Source: Raillietiella orientalis (lineage: Eukaryota). From it: DNA of 64,000 nt. Made by a program: the position numbers and the translations under genes. The stretch lies in NCBI GenBank assembly GCA_036172245.1, contig JAYWIR010000009.1:496001-560000 (forward strand), read 5' to 3'. Position 1 is the first letter of the stretch; the number at the start of each line of letters is the position of its first letter. Under the pieces are notes generated by a model. That model did not search any database and had not been told where the DNA came from. It was given only the letters and a program-made list of their open reading frames with translations. This document shows, one piece after another, positions 25,451 to 39,339 of this stretch.

Positions 25451-25649
25451 AGGCGCTAGTATAGCATGGTTTGCTAAAACCCTCTTTAACGGTGAGAGGG
25501 CAGGCGCCAAATGGAACGTTGATTGCTGAACAGAAAGAAACCTGACCTTTAGTCAGGCGATTTTTTCCTTAATGAAAAGTGGCTCTGAATTCCCTTAGCT
25601 TCTCGTAAAACACATCTCTGGAAAAGCAGCACGGACCTCGGTTCAGAGT

Positions 25650-26960
25650 GTCCCTGTCATCTTCGCAGACATTGCACGTTGCTACAAAGAGACTAAACGT
25701 GGTATTTAGAATCATTCATTGTATTTGGGGAGAGCGTCGCCCATGTGCAGGTCTGTACGTGACAATTCACTGAAAGAAGACTGTCATCTTGAAAATTGCG
25801 TATCTGAGGGAGTCTTCAGTGCGAATGATACCGCCCTCCGATCTCCCGCTGGTGGAAGGACTAAACAGGAATTTCGCGCGACACGAAGTCATCTCGAGCT
25901 CCCCTGACTGGAAATTCATCAGAACTACAATGTATGAAACCTTCCGTAATTCTACGGCCGCACTTCCAATTCTGCATCAGCGTGACGAGATGGCCGGCCG
26001 ACCTGATTTGGAAAGCGTGGTACAGCACAGAGCGTAGGACACCTCAGAGTCCTTGCAATTTTTCGTAGACGCTCTCCTTGCTAAATACCTCGAGATTCTG
26101 TTCCTGTTGCCAAGATAGTGTTCCCACGGACCGACTCCCGGAAGCGGGTGCAAGCCCCGAAATGGAGGTGGGCTCGGTGTTCCCAGACAAACCTTTGAAG
26201 GAATCACGCGGCAAGGACGAGCGATGGCAGAGACCTCATAGAAATGAAGGAAAGCACGTTCGATGTTTTTGGCCTGCAGCTTTCCCTGTCTGAGTAGATA
26301 TCAGGCTGTGTAATCTCACCAGTTGCCTCGAAAGCTGCCTGGAATGGGACATCAGAAGTGTAAGCTGACGAGGAAATGCTGGAAGCAGCTGAGAACCGAA
26401 AGACCGGATGAGCACATTCTGGATGTTTCCTCCCATGTTCAGAGCGCTGACAGTGTCAGCAGACCGTCATGTAAGATGGAAGGTAGAGCAGAACGATGGT
26501 AGAAGATAGAGAGAATTAATGCTCCTCACCCAGACCGAAACTGTTGGAATCTCCTATCAGAGATAAAAAACCAGTGATTCTGAAGGTCTTCCTAGATAGA
26601 GTGCACCCGTTTCTTGCTTCTTTTGCGGACTTGAAGATTCGTGGGAGCGCTGCGGTGAAACAGCTGGGGCTGATACTTTTTCTCCGTTTCCCAGCTTCCT
26701 TGCAATCCCGCGATACTCCTCTCCGACCTCAGAAGGATCGGCTCCAATTTGAAAGAAGGGTCCCAGAGAGGTCTTCCAAGAGAGATTCTACAGCTGGTTG
26801 CTGCCACGCCGAAATCGGAAGGGCTTTCCGTAGATTGCTCCGGGTTGTGCGCAAGGCATCCACGGCTGCCACAACCCTCCTCTTAAAGCCGAGCAGCAAT
26901 CGTGCCGAAGCGGACCTCGGTTTTCAAGAGCAGTCAGAGAGCGCCGCACCGTCTCTTTGA
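25650..26960 (+). pseudogene. NACHT pseudogene inside GPCR intron 1
   Basis: RIIHCIWGE...KKTVILKIAYL (Walker A region), ALPILHQRDEM (Walker B), LNTSRF (sensor-1), RLPEAGASPE, LCNLTSCLESCL, KVFLDRVHPFLASF. Confidence 0.55.
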
Positions 26961-27469
26961 TAGAGATTTTGCCTGAGAGCATCGGAGCGCCACGTGGTGA
27001 AGATGGTTTTTCCTTGGAGGTGCGATCCCGCAGCCATCCTGAGATGGCGCTTCTATGCTTCTGAGCTCCGGTCCTCCACACCTCAGAGCACACAAAGAGG
27101 GGAGGAGACGAGCTACGAAGAAGGAAGAATGGAGTGGACATTCCACCTTTGTATTTTTCTCACAGAATCTCCTGCGTAAACGGCAGGAGCCCAAACGGGG
27201 CGCAGTCCCAAGGGTCCAAGAGGAGAGAGGAGTTCATTCGTTACCGAGAAGTCAGAAGAGAGCAGAAGATCCACCGTCTTCCTGTGATTGTCCTCGCCTT
27301 TACCCTTTGGATACTCAGGAAGCCCCGAGGAGCGAACAAGGACCACGCCGACATTGAACGCTGCCGCCGAGACCCGCCGGCTTCGGTCCGCAGCGTTCAC
27401 TCTCCTCGGTCAGTTCGGAGGCGGACCGCACTCCGCTTCGCTTCCCCGGCAAGTGTCCTCAGGAAAACC

Positions 27470-27745
27470 GAGGAGTACTGTAGAGGTAGGAGAGAATTCC
27501 CAGAAAAAAGGAGGAGGGGAAGAAAGAGGAAGGAAGGAAGAAAGAGGAAGATTCCCGGAGAAAGTTCTTCGCACCTTTGGGGAGGAACATCGGAGATGCA
27601 ATCGGACTTTGGAATTCGTCTCGAATCCTTTCTACTAGGGAGAGGGAGGAGGAAGGGAAAAGAAAGAGAAAGAAGAAGGGAGAAGAAGCAGGAGGAGGAG
27701 GAGAACAAGGGAATTGGATGAAAGAGAGGAAAGGAAAAGGAGCTA
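27470..27745. repeat. GA-rich low-complexity tract
   Basis: Long polypurine stretches (GAAG/GGAG). Confidence 0.75.
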
Positions 27746-28979
27746 CCGCATGGCGGTAGGAACATTCGAGAACGAAACGACGGAGCGGTGCAGATGCCGA
27801 CTATTGAACGACGGCTCCATCCGCAGGAAAATCTCGGAGGAATAGGGCGACCTTTCCCCTCTCCTCTCAGGGGACGACATCAGCAACCCGTCCTGCGCGG
27901 CGGGTCATCGGTGTCTGCGATCTGCGCGACCTCCAAGTGCTCTCGTCACTTTGCTAGCCCCCGCGGTTCAACTAGAGCGTCGCATAGCATCCGGGATTCT
28001 CATCTCGGAAGGAAAAACGAGGAAGGAAAGACAAGGACCTTTTCCGTTTCTGTCACTCAGCTTTCCTCGTTCCTTCCCCTTCCGGGAGTTTATCGATCGC
28101 TTTTGATTGGCTCGACAACTCCTCAGGGTTACCTCCTCCTAAAATGAGGCAGAAGAAGGGAGAAAAAATAATGGACTCCGGCGCGCGCGGGTCCGAAACC
28201 AGGCTGAAGTTCTTCGTTTTTCTCAGAGGCATCTCTGAGGAGCAGCAACCCTTCAAGGATGTCGAGACCACACTCAGCACTGACCCGCGACATTGAGCTA
28301 TCACGTGGAGGGAGGAGGCAAGGCGAGAAAGAGCGCATTCTCCCCGCGGGAAGGTTGGCCTTCAGGTCCTCCACCGGCCTCCGGCGCGTCCGGTGAGGTC
28401 AGAATTCCCGTAATAAGAAGCCTCTGGGTCCTAGAGAGCTGGGACATGAGCGGCTACATAGGGAGACACATTTCGCTCCCGGCGAGATATCGAACTCTGA
28501 AACGCTCACCCAGAGTCCCGAAGCACATACCGGGGACGGCCGACGCGCGCTCCCCACCATCGTTGTTGTCCAAACTGACGTGGGGATGGCGATGGTACGA
28601 GATTGCCTGCGGAGCAGATGGCATCCAGGGAAAAGCGTGTGTTTTCGAACGGCTGTCCTAAGGTGAAAGAACGGAGGACTCCCTCTGTCAGCGTGTCGCG
28701 CGACCCTTTTGAGGCAGCTGCAGGTGCTGACGCTCCGGGAGCGCGAGCGTGTCGCAGGAGGTCCTCCGGAAAACGGGCGCCTCGCGAATGAGCTTGAAGC
28801 TCAGAGAGCACTCATCCCTCACCGTTCATAGAGTGAAGACTTCTGAAAGGAGAGGAAGGGATAGGAGGAGAAGTGAGAACGGAAAATATCCTCCTCCCAT
28901 CCTCCCCCGTTTCCCCCCTTCCTTCTTCTCTCGTCACCCATGATAGCCCCCTCGATCTCTCTCCATCCTGAGAAACGAG

Positions 28980-29270
28980 CGGTCCTGGCGCTGTGGTGGT
29001 GACCGAAGGCGACCTGGATAGCTGGGCAATGGAACTTGTCGTATACTTGCATAAAAGACGCACTCACACATCGATCCTGGCGGTCACCTTTAGGGCCATG
29101 ATCTTTCCACTTCCCCCTTACCTTTCTCTCTTCCATCGGCATGCCTGCTTTCAATCCCGTGCGGGCCGAGTTTTCCTCCGTCAGGTCACCTCAGGCATGG
29201 GAGCGCTCTTCTATGGGGGTGCATCAGCTCCCTTTCTTGCTTCCTTTCAGTCCTGCTGGTGTGCATAGAA
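28980..29270 (+). pseudogene. Possible NACHT N-terminal fragment
   Basis: AVVVTEGDLDSWAMELVVYL then FRAMIFPLP. Weak. Confidence 0.28.
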
Positions 29271-29989
29271 GACGTTCGCTCGAGAAGAGAGAAACAGCCT
29301 GGAGGTCTATCCGATGCCTTCTTTACCTAGAAAAGAGGAGGGAAATCCGCATGGAATGCCGAAATCGAGAGTATAGGAAAAGTGATATTCCCGTTGCACG
29401 CGTATCACTTTGCTGAATGGAGTTCATGGTTTAGACTACTTCAAAGAGACAGATGGAATCCGTGAAAACCGTGGCTGCTACCAGACTCTCCCTATTGAGC
29501 TTTGGAAACTCCTGAATCCATGAGGAAGAAAGGCGATCGGCCTCCCTTTGTCCCTGAAGGATGAGCTCGCACTCCATCACACGGAGTCCTACTCGCCTTG
29601 TTTCTCCCTGGCGTCTCGGAACTCAAGCGCTTGCCTTCCTCCCCTCTACCACCGTCCGAGCCACTCGCGTGGGCTGGAGCAGCGGGTTTTCCCTGTTGGT
29701 GCCACCACGACCTCGCGAGAAGAAAAAGCGGCTCTCCTGTGAAGGACGCCATTGGTCAGGGGCGTGCCATGTTCCTGATGAAGGAAGTGAAGGGAAAATG
29801 GAAGAAAAATAGGAAGGAGAGGATCAGTTTGAGTTCAGGGGCGGCTGAGTCGTGAGTGCCCTCTGATCCGCGAGCTCAAGGTCCCTCGATGGTAGGAAGC
29901 GAGTTGGCTTGACCGGAAGACCAATGGCGGAGGAGGAATCTCCTCCGCCGTTGGTCTCGTTCTGCCCCCCTGGAGGACACGCTCCCGTT

Positions 29990-31640
29990 GGAGGGTTTGT
30001 GACATTTCCCCAGCCCTAGTCTTTCCTACCTCTCCTGCTTTCTCCTTCGAGCCCCTAGACTCTGCTCCCAGGCGACATCGTCCGTGCCGTACCAAAGAAG
30101 GGAGAGAAGTGGGAGCGAAACGTCTTCATGGGAGGAGAGGAGCAGCCTTCGAAGCTTCGCGAGTCGCCTTCCGCACGAAAAGCTTCCACCAAACTGAAGG
30201 ATGCTTCTGCGCAAGGGACCAGCGGAAGACTTCTCTCTTGTGGGGAGGAAGAGAGGCCGAATCCCTGGCGTCCAATAACTGGCATTCGAATCCGCCGATG
30301 GAGGTGACCTTCATTCTAAGAGAGCAAGGAATGCCATGATCACTCGAGGGCTCAGTGCCCTATAAGAACAGCCTCCTCGATCTGGGATGTTTCCTCATTC
30401 ATCAGCTATCCCGGAGGAGCAGAATGGACGTTCCACGCCATGTAAATCTGGGATAGGTGGAAGACGTTCCGGACCGCGCCAATGGAAGGAGATGGGACAG
30501 CCAGGAAGTTATGCTCTGGACCGCAGCGACCGAGCAGGGGCTCCGTTCGGTCTCTGGTCCCACGGGGAAGGACTCTGAGGGAGTGAGATGCAAGCCTCCC
30601 CACGGGGAAAACACAGTCACGGAGGATGGGGAAAGAGACAGCTGCACAACGTCCCCTGGCTCTTCCAGGGAAATGCCTCAAAACTCCCCCGGAAACGCTA
30701 AATGAGTGCCGGGCATCTGCGTGCCCGGCGTAGAAGGGTAGACGGCGTGCACCGATTGGACAGTCTCGGGGAAAAAACGAGCTGCCGAGAGGTCATGGAT
30801 GCTGGAAACCGGCAGGTCATGCGGGCAGTCAGTTCCCTTCCGCCATCTTTGCCAGCTCGTTGTCTGTACGGAGCACTCAGGCGCCGGGCGGAAGGAGAGC
30901 AGCTTCCGGAGCTACGGAAAGAAGTGCGGATCGTGGCAGAAACTGGGAGGAAGGGACTGGAGAGCTCCAGGAAAAGAAGAGCGAAAGCAAAGCGCGCAGC
31001 ATGGTGGTCGGCAAAGTGCTCTTGCGCGCATTCGGGATGCTGCTGCAATCAACTGCATCCTCATCGGTATCAGGAAAAATCGATGAAAAGTTCGAGGGGT
31101 TTCTGCGCGGGCCGTCCCATATTTTCACCCTCTTTAGGAGCGGCCTCCGCAAGCGAGCGAATCTCCACGCGGCAGAGGATCGCGTGGATCGCACGCCGGC
31201 ACCACTCCTGCGGCTCCCGCGCCGTCCTCAGGAGTCCCGTGGCACCCGGAAGCAAGCGTCGTCTCTCTCGAAGGTTCCTTGGGAAGATCCGGAGATGGGC
31301 CTTTCGATCCAAGCCGAAGCTGAGCGATGCCCACCCTTGGCGACCTGTCAGCCCCTGTTCACCGAATTCCAGGTCCACGGAAACTCTCCTGCGCGTCACT
31401 AGACGAGTCGGGAGGAAGATGTGGCTGGATCGCAGCAGCAGGCCGAGGGTGGAGCTCGAGGGTCGACGCGCTGCAGGATGAACGCCCACGGCTCATCCTG
31501 CAGGAGAAGGATGACGCTTTGTCGGCGTTCTTTCTGACCTGGCTCGATTCGCCCTTGGACGGGTCTCTACGAGACTTCCGCGTTTCCCGCGATGCCAAAG
31601 GCAGCCACGTCTTCAAAGGCCACTCCCGTTCGGATACTTG
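29990..31640 (+). pseudogene. NACHT pseudogene inside GPCR intron 1
   Basis: MLLRKGPAED...VQ*LAFESADG, EVTFILRE, SPGSSREM, LPARCLYGAL, EVRIVAETGRKGLE, AFGMLLQS...IDEKFEGFLRG. Confidence 0.55.
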
Positions 31641-31949
31641 ATAAAACTGCGACTGAGACCACTCCTCCCCCTCGTTTCCTTTTTTTCTCCACCCAGACGC
31701 CTTTCATTACGAAGAAGAAAGAAATGAAGAAAGATCGAACGTGGTTTCTCAGGAGGAGCGTAAGTGGGCTTGAAAAAGACAAAGCCAATTTGTTTTTTTC
31801 TTCTTCTTTGTGTCCCAAGAGCTGCTGCCGGCATTGCTGAATCGCTCTGTCCCCCTCTCTCCCCCTCACTCTTGGGGCACATTAGGGGAATTGACATTCT
31901 CCTTGTAATAACAAGGACTGACGTCGAGTCAGGAAGAAATTCAGGAAGC

Positions 31950-32410
31950 TCTCGAAAATCGAAGGATGCAACACCCACGCGCTCCCAAACGCTTCCCACT
32001 CTTGCTGCAGCCCTGACTTGTTGCCCCGCTGTCCCCTATACTTACATCGTGGATTCTTTGATTCCATTCCGTCCAACTTTCATCAGCTTGTTCTTGTAGC
32101 CATGGCGAAATCCATCTCTGGGCACAGGTCGCACCTTCTACCCCGGATGGTGCGACCAAACGATTCAGAGTGCTCGTTAACACTCCTGAAAGACAATGGC
32201 CCCCTGCGGAAGTGCCACAATCCGCTCTCGAAGGAGAATTTGGAGTAGTTGCTTTGATAGAGAATTCCGGCGAAGAATCCAAGGTTGCCATGGCATAGCG
32301 TAACTCTGCACGTCCGAGAGATTGGAACGTCAAGAAATGCGACATGTTTCTGGGTCGTGTGTGGCACGTGGCGGAGCTCCTTTTACTTTCAGCGACGCGG
32401 TCGCTCACCT
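31950..32410 (-). pseudogene. Death-domain end + NACHT start remnant
   Basis: HFLTFQSLGRAEL (DD helix 5-6 like); PSGVEGATCAQRWISPWLQE (Walker A to WA motif). Confidence 0.33.
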
Positions 32411-32569
32411 TCGAAAGCAGAAGGTCCCTTCCCCGTGCAATCTGGAACGAGTGCCCGGGAATCTGACGCGAATCTGTGGTGCTTGTGCCTCTTCCGTTTC
32501 CATTCGCTTCCGAAGTGCTTCGAAACCGACGGGCAGCTGATTGTTCGCCCTCCTTTCATGTATTTGCAG

Positions 32570-32866
32570 GAGACCAACAACCCTAGAATCTGCCTAGCAG
32601 CTGCAATCATCCTGCACCACTTGCATCTGACAATTTCACAATGGAACATATTCCTCCTGGTGACCCACTGCATCGTTGATTGTCGGGACAAACCGAACAT
32701 CTCCACGTTCAAAGCCGTCCTCATAATCTGGAGCTTGTCGATAATTTGGATCGTTGTGGGGCATTTCACTGGTAAAAATGGCTACGACTGCAAGAATTAC
32801 TGCTGGATGTCCATAGAAAAGGGGATGCTGGTATCTTTCGTTGTTCCCGTCACTCTGTGCATCGTG
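32570..32866 (+). CDS. Adhesion/secretin-class GPCR, coding exon 2 (TM3-TM5)
   Basis: Acceptor tatttgcAG|GAG, phase 0. ETNNPRICLAAAIILHHLHLTISQW...GYDCKNYCWMSIEKGMLVSFVVPV matches the T.N...C..VA.LLHY and YG....CWL...G....F..PV patterns. Donor GTG|GTGAGT, phase 0. Confidence 0.85.
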
Positions 32867-32946
32867 GTGAGTTCCTCTGGGACTTCCCGGAAAGTCGTCC
32901 GCAATGGGCAGCAGAGCCTCATCGTGCGACTGAAATCTCTTTCCAG

Positions 32947-33162
32947 ATCAGCACCGCCCTCGCAGTCTCGCGGCTAAGGAAAATCCTGCTCATTCGTCCC
33001 TACCTGCACCACCACCAGGTTTCCGCGCTGAGGAAGGGATTCCGCTTGGTCGCCATGCTGCCCTCTGTGCACGGCACTCTGTGGTTCATGACTGTCCTCT
33101 CTTTGGAGGAAGAGAAGCATTTCGTGTTTTCCGTGGCAGCAGTCATTATCCAAATCGTCATG
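32947..33162 (+). CDS. Adhesion/secretin-class GPCR, coding exon 3 (end of TM5, TM6, start of TM7)
   Basis: Follows an 80-nt intron (32867-32946) with acceptor ctctttccAG|ATC. ALRKGFRLVAMLPSVHGTLWFM resembles the TM6 LLPLLG.TW motif. Donor ATG|GTGAGT, phase 0. Confidence 0.85.
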
Positions 33163-33384
33163 GTGAGTCGCGCTTCCCTTTAGGTTTTCGGACGGGTCCG
33201 TCTGCGGGTCGGTTTCTAAGTCGGTCAGAGCATGATTCTGAGCTCGTTCTAAGAAGAAGCCTCTTTCTGAGACGAATGATGTGACCGCTGTGGAGTTTCT
33301 TCTGCTTTCGCTGCTTTCCTCCCAGCTTTCACTTTTTTGGTTCTCCAAGTGATGAAGAAACGTTCGCTTCCTTGGGGAACTCAC

Positions 33385-33953
33385 ATAACTCTTTCACATT
33401 GTCCACGCCACTCGAGGATGCTTCAAGTTTGGGGGTAACCCCGGAGGGGAACACCCTATGAATCTAGGAAGGCTTTGGAGAGAGGATTCCGTTCCTCTTG
33501 CACTTGGTAGGGACACCCAGATGGGATTCCTCGGCCTAGTTATCTGTGAAGACGACTCCGAAGGGACGCTTCCCAATTTCTACGAGAGGTCACTCCCAGA
33601 AGGGAGTAACGCGCTTCTTGGACACTCTGGAGAAGCAACTTCCGTGAGGAGTATCAACCAGCTCAACCGGAAGGGACTTCCGAAGAAAACCTACTCCTTG
33701 CTTCCCAGAAGGACTCCTCAGGGGCAACTTCCGATACCGACCGGTCAACAGGGACATCGGGGGCCATCCGTCTTTCACCAGTGCCGCATCCTAAGCCTAC
33801 AGACATCCATGGGCATCCCTCATATTGCGCGGGAACTCGAAACCCACGACGCATCCCTCATTTCTTGGAGTCGAGCCTCCACGTGGGGATTCGATCCCAC
33901 GATGCTCCGTACCACGCACAAAGGCCGTAGGAACACGGCAGCCAACGCGGGCC
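33385..33953 (-). mobile_element. tRNA-derived SINE, copy 3 (full length)
   Basis: Reverse strand begins GGCCCGCGTTGG, contains GGATCGAATCCCCACGTGGAGG, and has the same body. Confidence 0.75.
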
Positions 33954-35699
33954 AAGGAGATGATCCACCAATATTCGGATGCGATGACTTGTAGCTTGTC
34001 TCCATGATAACTCCATGGGCATTCCGAAGTAACGGCTTTGAGGGTAGAAGTAAAGGAATGAAGCAGGCTGTTTCAGGAGAAATCATTTCGTTCCTTCTTT
34101 GGTTTTAAATGTTTCCAACAGTTGCATGGGTGGTCTGGCTGTTTACATTGGAAGTTTTATGCCATCAGTTCTAGGGGGAAAAAAAAAGATATGCGGAGGG
34201 AGATGCTCAGTCTTGAGGAAGATGGCTTTCGTATTGATAGCATGCAAAGTTGTGAAGGCACCATGGATACGGAACATAGCAATGCAGTTGTGTGAACACA
34301 AGCCTTATTGAGAGAGCTCGTGGACGTGGAATGAGGAGGAACGAGCGGTGTGCGACGGTTTCTAATGGGAAGGATAAGTGCACGTTCCATGGCTCACCTT
34401 GTAACTAGCCATATTTGACTCTTTGACCACGGTCGGCTCATTTTCTACTGACCGTCAGGCGTCTCGAACCTTCGAGGCGAAACCGCGGAAAAGGAACGTC
34501 AAATCAGTCCTCCAGACGCGATGCTTTCCTCACTCCGCGGGCTTCCGGCAGCTGGGTTCAGCAATCTGTCACTGGTTTGCCTTGAGGATCCTTCAATTTC
34601 CATCAGGGACTTGAGGAAATGAGAGCTCAGCTGGTGAAGGGAGAGACTGAGTTTCCAAGAGAGGAATTTCACCCGTAAACAAAAGCGCTTACTTCGTTGT
34701 ACTCTTCTCTGAAGGTTCGCTTCCCCATATCTTGAAATAAGGAATCACACGCACGTTTCCATGACGCTTAGATTTCATGCTCACTTCACGTAGGCCCAGA
34801 GGAATGCTCTACGGCACTGACCATGGAGTCCCCTACCTCTTGTACGTTCTGGCTTTTATCGGGTCGAAAGAGGGCGGCAGGTGTGACCAATGCATTCTCT
34901 TCGTCAGCTGCCCTCCATGTCGCTCTTTATAGATCGTGGTTTGGAATCTCTCGAAAGATCTGCCTGAGGAAGAATTTTCCTGAAAACTGAAACACGCACT
35001 GCGTAATTTTCCTGCTTCCCTTTCGGATGGCTCTCCTTGCCGGATTTTTAAGCCATTCTTTCAGCAGGGCTTTTTTTTTTTTTTTTTTTTTCCGTGCTCG
35101 ATAGTTCGAGCACAAAACTTTAGCAAAAAGAGACTTTCGTGTGAGACTGGGAAATCATCAAAAAAAGAAAAGGCTCATTTCGAGGAAGAGTAGTTTTGTT
35201 TATGCTCGTAATTAAAAGGATGAGAAACAGAATGGACGGTGATCCTCGTCTTAACCGTCACGGTGACTCACTTCAACGAAATCGTTCTTCGAGAAGGATC
35301 GCGCAGCCTTTGGGCGTCGGCAGAGAACCAATAGGCGACGGTGGTGAAATGCAAATACAAGCAAACGCTTTATCCCCGAGGAAACCTTCAAGCGGGATAT
35401 TAAAGTACACAAAATGAATCTCGGGATGTGCTGCAAGCAAAGTGCGACATGCAAAGGCCCAATCTCGTTTCAGCGAGATCGTACTCTGAAATGACGGTCC
35501 TCGCGAGTCGAAGCGAGAATTACCATGCAGATTGCACGCCCTGCTGGGATGGGATCGGATCACGCCTGAAAAATCCTTGCGGCTCCTACGCAGTTCGGTT
35601 GTGCTTACTCACAGATGACCATCCGTTTTGCCATGTCTGCCTCACCACTTTGTGCCCACAGTCCTCTCAAATTTTCGAACGCTGCTCTTGGAAAAAGTC

Positions 35700-36900
35700 G
35701 CCGACGAAAGCTTCAGTTGAGTAGCCGCAGTGATGCAGTTCCTCCCACACGAGAACTGGTCCATTTTCTCTTTTCGCGGCAGGATGACCTGAACCGCACA
35801 CTGGGATGGCCCGACCAAGTAAACTGAAAATTTGATTGCCGATAGCCAATCAAACTGACAGCGTCGGCTACGAAGAAAGCGATGTTGCAAAACAGGATCG
35901 CACCCACGAGGAAAAGACGTGGGGCCTGGATACCTAAGGCTGCTCATTTATAGAAATGAAAAATTCTGTGCGCAGCTTATGGAGAAGCCCAGAAGGGATT
36001 TTTCAGGAGGATTTCTGGCTTCTGTTGGTGCAGCCTTTGTCTGTCTGAGCTGGTGCAGACAAATGATGGTACTCCTGGAAATTCTGAGGCCGAGAAATGC
36101 CAGGCCTGGTCCCAAATGTTCTTCGGAACGAGCATCACGTGTCAGCGATCCACGTCAATTCAAGTGCCCTGGAAAGAACCAAGAAGTGCGCGACCGTGGG
36201 GACCGGAGCAAGGACCACCCAGGTCGCTCTTCCCCGGCAGCGCAAGTTCTTGAATCACATGCTGCTTGCGCCGTGATTGCGCTGCTGGCATACACCATGC
36301 AGCAAAGGTTCATCACTTATCATCTCCGCACTTCTTTTCAAGCTCCATTAACTGCCGCCCGTAATGACCCAAGTGGATGCCTTCACGAAATCTATGGAAT
36401 CGAGCCATCAAGTCATCGAGTCATCAGTCCCAGGATCAGCAAGAGGAAGTCTTCCTCCGAGCAGGCCTGCTTTTGTTGAAAAAATGGCAGTATTTTGCGA
36501 TACGAAAGCGCGATTATTTCCGGACAGATTGAAGGTGTTTCCGGAAATTTGCTCCAGCGAACACTGTAGATTGCGGTTCGTGATTGCTTCCCATGAAGGC
36601 AGGGACACAAATGGAATGGCTTCCCCGTCCGCGAAAACGCAGGAAGCTAAAGCGCTCTGCCCCATTCGCTAATCAGAATATATGGACCCAGAAGTGCATC
36701 CGTGTGATACGCCCCGTGCTCATGATAGATGGACCATCAAGATGCAGTGTAGCCATCCACGTAGCCCTTGGTGATCGCACGCCTTCCTCCTTGAGGGAGA
36801 AAATTGGCCCTCTCGGCGATTTTTTGAAAAGCAAGCGGCGTGTCCGGGAATTTTCATCGCCTTGGAAACGGTCGGTGTTTTTCCGAACTTTCCTCGTCGC
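35700..36900 (+). pseudogene. NACHT pseudogene inside GPCR intron 3
   Basis: YLRLLIYRN, QMMVLLEIL, FVEKMAVFCDTKARLFPDRLKVFPE, CRLRFV, SPSAKTQEAKALCPI. Confidence 0.48.
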
Positions 36901-37279
36901 CTCTTTAAGCACTGAGTGAAAGCGGGAAGTCAATCCGAGCAGACCACGGATGTGTATCCATAGTGCAGTGCCAAACGGAACAAAGAGGCAGACAGCGAAG
37001 GAGTGCAAGGAAGGACGTGAAAGGAAACTGACGAAAAGGACGCGGAGAAATGTGGGAGATTAGAGGAAACCATATTATCGGGAAAACGGCCTCTGCAGCG
37101 ACAAAAACGTTATGGATGACCATCGACTGCGTTGCATTAAATCGGCGCATTGATCCCCGTGATGTTATCTCAGCGAAATGTGCTTTCCATCCAGGAAACG
37201 CACGAGCATCGAAAACTTTGGGCAGAAAGAGCTGAGAAAAAAATAGGCAGCGATGCTCAGAGACCGAACTCGGAGGATT

Positions 37280-37470
37280 TTTTTCAAAGATTCCAGAGAA
37301 CCTTCGTTAGCATCCCGACTGCATGGGTTCCTTCAGATTTCTCCATGAGCTGAGCTGACAATTGGGAAACTTTATTTATCACTTTGGAAAACTCTGAAGC
37401 CAAAATAGGAAAGTTTTTGGAACTGACTTTCGGTGATTTTTTCCGCATTTCCTGAGCGAATTCCATCATG
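37280..37470 (-). pseudogene. Possible Death-domain remnant
   Basis: KNFPILASEF...QLMEKSEGTHAVGMLTKVLWNL. Confidence 0.28.
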
Positions 37471-38059
37471 GAAGCTTTGCATCTTTCTGTTCTTGAAGCA
37501 ATGCAGACAGGAAGAAGGAAGGTATGATGAAAGTACGACAGCCTTTCGAAATTTGCTATCGCTGTCTAGGAGTCCTCTCTGAAGGTCGCTCTTCGGAGGA
37601 CCTCACTTGGCAAAGTGAATCCCGCGAGTGATTAGCATTCAACCGGCATTGGGAGCACAAAGTTCTTCGAGCACCTTTCCCTTCCTATTTAAGGACTTCC
37701 CATTGTCTCCGCAATAAGGCCGAATTCCCGGATTGATCAGTGCATTCTTATTTATTGCGCCAACGTTGGCGGTTGCTCCCTTTCATGGCGAAAGCATTTG
37801 TTCTCTGGAGAATATGACTCGAAATGCATCGCAAGATTATTGGGAATGCACTACCTAAATCATCTTCCCGCAGAACAATAAATTTCCTTCTTCTTCGGCT
37901 GCTCGTCTGGAATTGGCAACAGCTGCGCGATAGTTGTTGCCGATTCTTCGTCAGACTTCTTCGCCGGTCCGTTCAATAGTCCTTTTTTTTTTTTTTTTTC
38001 TCTTGTGGAAAGAATGCCATGATCGCAGCTCCGTCCTTGGGAAGCAAAGAGTAACATCT

Positions 38060-39300
38060 GCAACGATGGACGCATCAGAAAAGAACCGGAAAGGTCTGCC
38101 ATCAGCAGCAGCAGACAACACGAAAATATCAGCAGTCGAAAAAAATCCACCGAAACGGTCAAAACTCGAAGGAAACGGACGACAAACCGCATTGGGAATT
38201 CCATCAGGGAACACAGAGAGCAAAGGATTTTCAGAAGGTGGAGAAGCAGACTCATCAGGCACAAGAACTACGCTGAATCAACAGGGGAAGGGTTGCGTGC
38301 GACCGAAAGACCAGCTCTCGGTCCGAACACTCGGAGGCGCAAGTGCCGTCGCCAAACTGCGCCAAGCAGGGGGGCAGCAGCAGCCATCCGGGCAGCGAAA
38401 GCGCCGCAAGCCAGCGGGGGGGTGGGAACTTGCAGGTGGGAACCTCGGGGTGAGCGAAGGGCGGCCAGGGTGAAGCCGAAGGGAACGCGGCCGGCAACGG
38501 ACCGGCGCTGGAGTCCTTCCAGCGCGCCGGGCGCGGCCCCGCAACGCGTTCGAAGGTTCCGCCGAGCGCGCGAGCCGGTGGCCAGCCGGTGCGCAGCGCC
38601 GACCGGTCAGCGTGACGTCGCCAGGGACTCTCGCCCGCCAGGGACCGGGCGGAGGGATGCTTCGCGCTCCCGAGGTACTCGGGACGGCCAAGCAAGGTCG
38701 CCAAGGTACCCCAAACGAATCGATACTATCGAAAGCGGAGCGTTCCGAAGGGAGCGTGCAGGTGGCGGCGGAAGGAGTCCGGCGAGCGGGGGACGCGCAT
38801 CCCGGCTGAATCCCCGACTGAGGCGACGGGGGTTCTCCTTCCGGGCCCACCGGGGGAGCTCGCAGCCATCGATGAGTCTGAGCACCCTGAAGCAGAACGC
38901 CGCTGGAAAGCAGCAAGGGAGTGAGCACCGTGGAAAAGGCTTTTTTGGTTTTACTTTTGGTCAAGCCGCCAGAAGGAGACTTTCCGAAGAAAACTTTCCT
39001 TTCTTTCTGAAGCACTTGAGGAAACGCCTCTCATAAAGGAGGCTGCATTTCACATTTTGACAAACTGGTTGGTGGCGAACTGAACAGTCAGAAAAATGCC
39101 TTGGGGATGTGGAGCGAAAGGGTGCTTCATAAGATCACAGTCTGTAAGGAATGGATTCTATTAAGAAATGGAATTAAGAAATGAGTGGCTGCCTCCTTCA
39201 CAAGAAGGGCGTTTAACTGCAGCTTCCTTCTTTTGCAGTACTCAAATTCGCTAAGCAGATCTTAATGTCGCCACCAAACTGGGAAGAAGATTTCCAGCGG
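38060..39300 (+). pseudogene. Death domain + NACHT pseudogene inside GPCR intron 3
   Basis: Contains the 628-bp tract identical to 6263-6890 (DD to Walker A); continues divergently with GFFGFTFGQAARRRLSE. Confidence 0.5.
38290..38917. repeat. Identical direct repeat B, copy 2
   Basis: Matches 6263-6890. Confidence 0.95.
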
Positions 39301-39339
39301 TTCACACGTTTTCAATCACGAGCACGTTCCTGGATGCCA

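Noticed and set aside
24900..25460. Rhodopsin-class GPCR fragment on the + strand (NTHRY, hydrophobic stretch)
   Set aside because: No coherent TM series or splice sites; the minus strand fits the NACHT winged-helix region better.
34070..34200. Alternative GPCR exon 4
   Set aside because: Phase-0 readings from nearby AG sites do not give a hydrophobic TM7 completion; 45680 has a much better acceptor and peptide.
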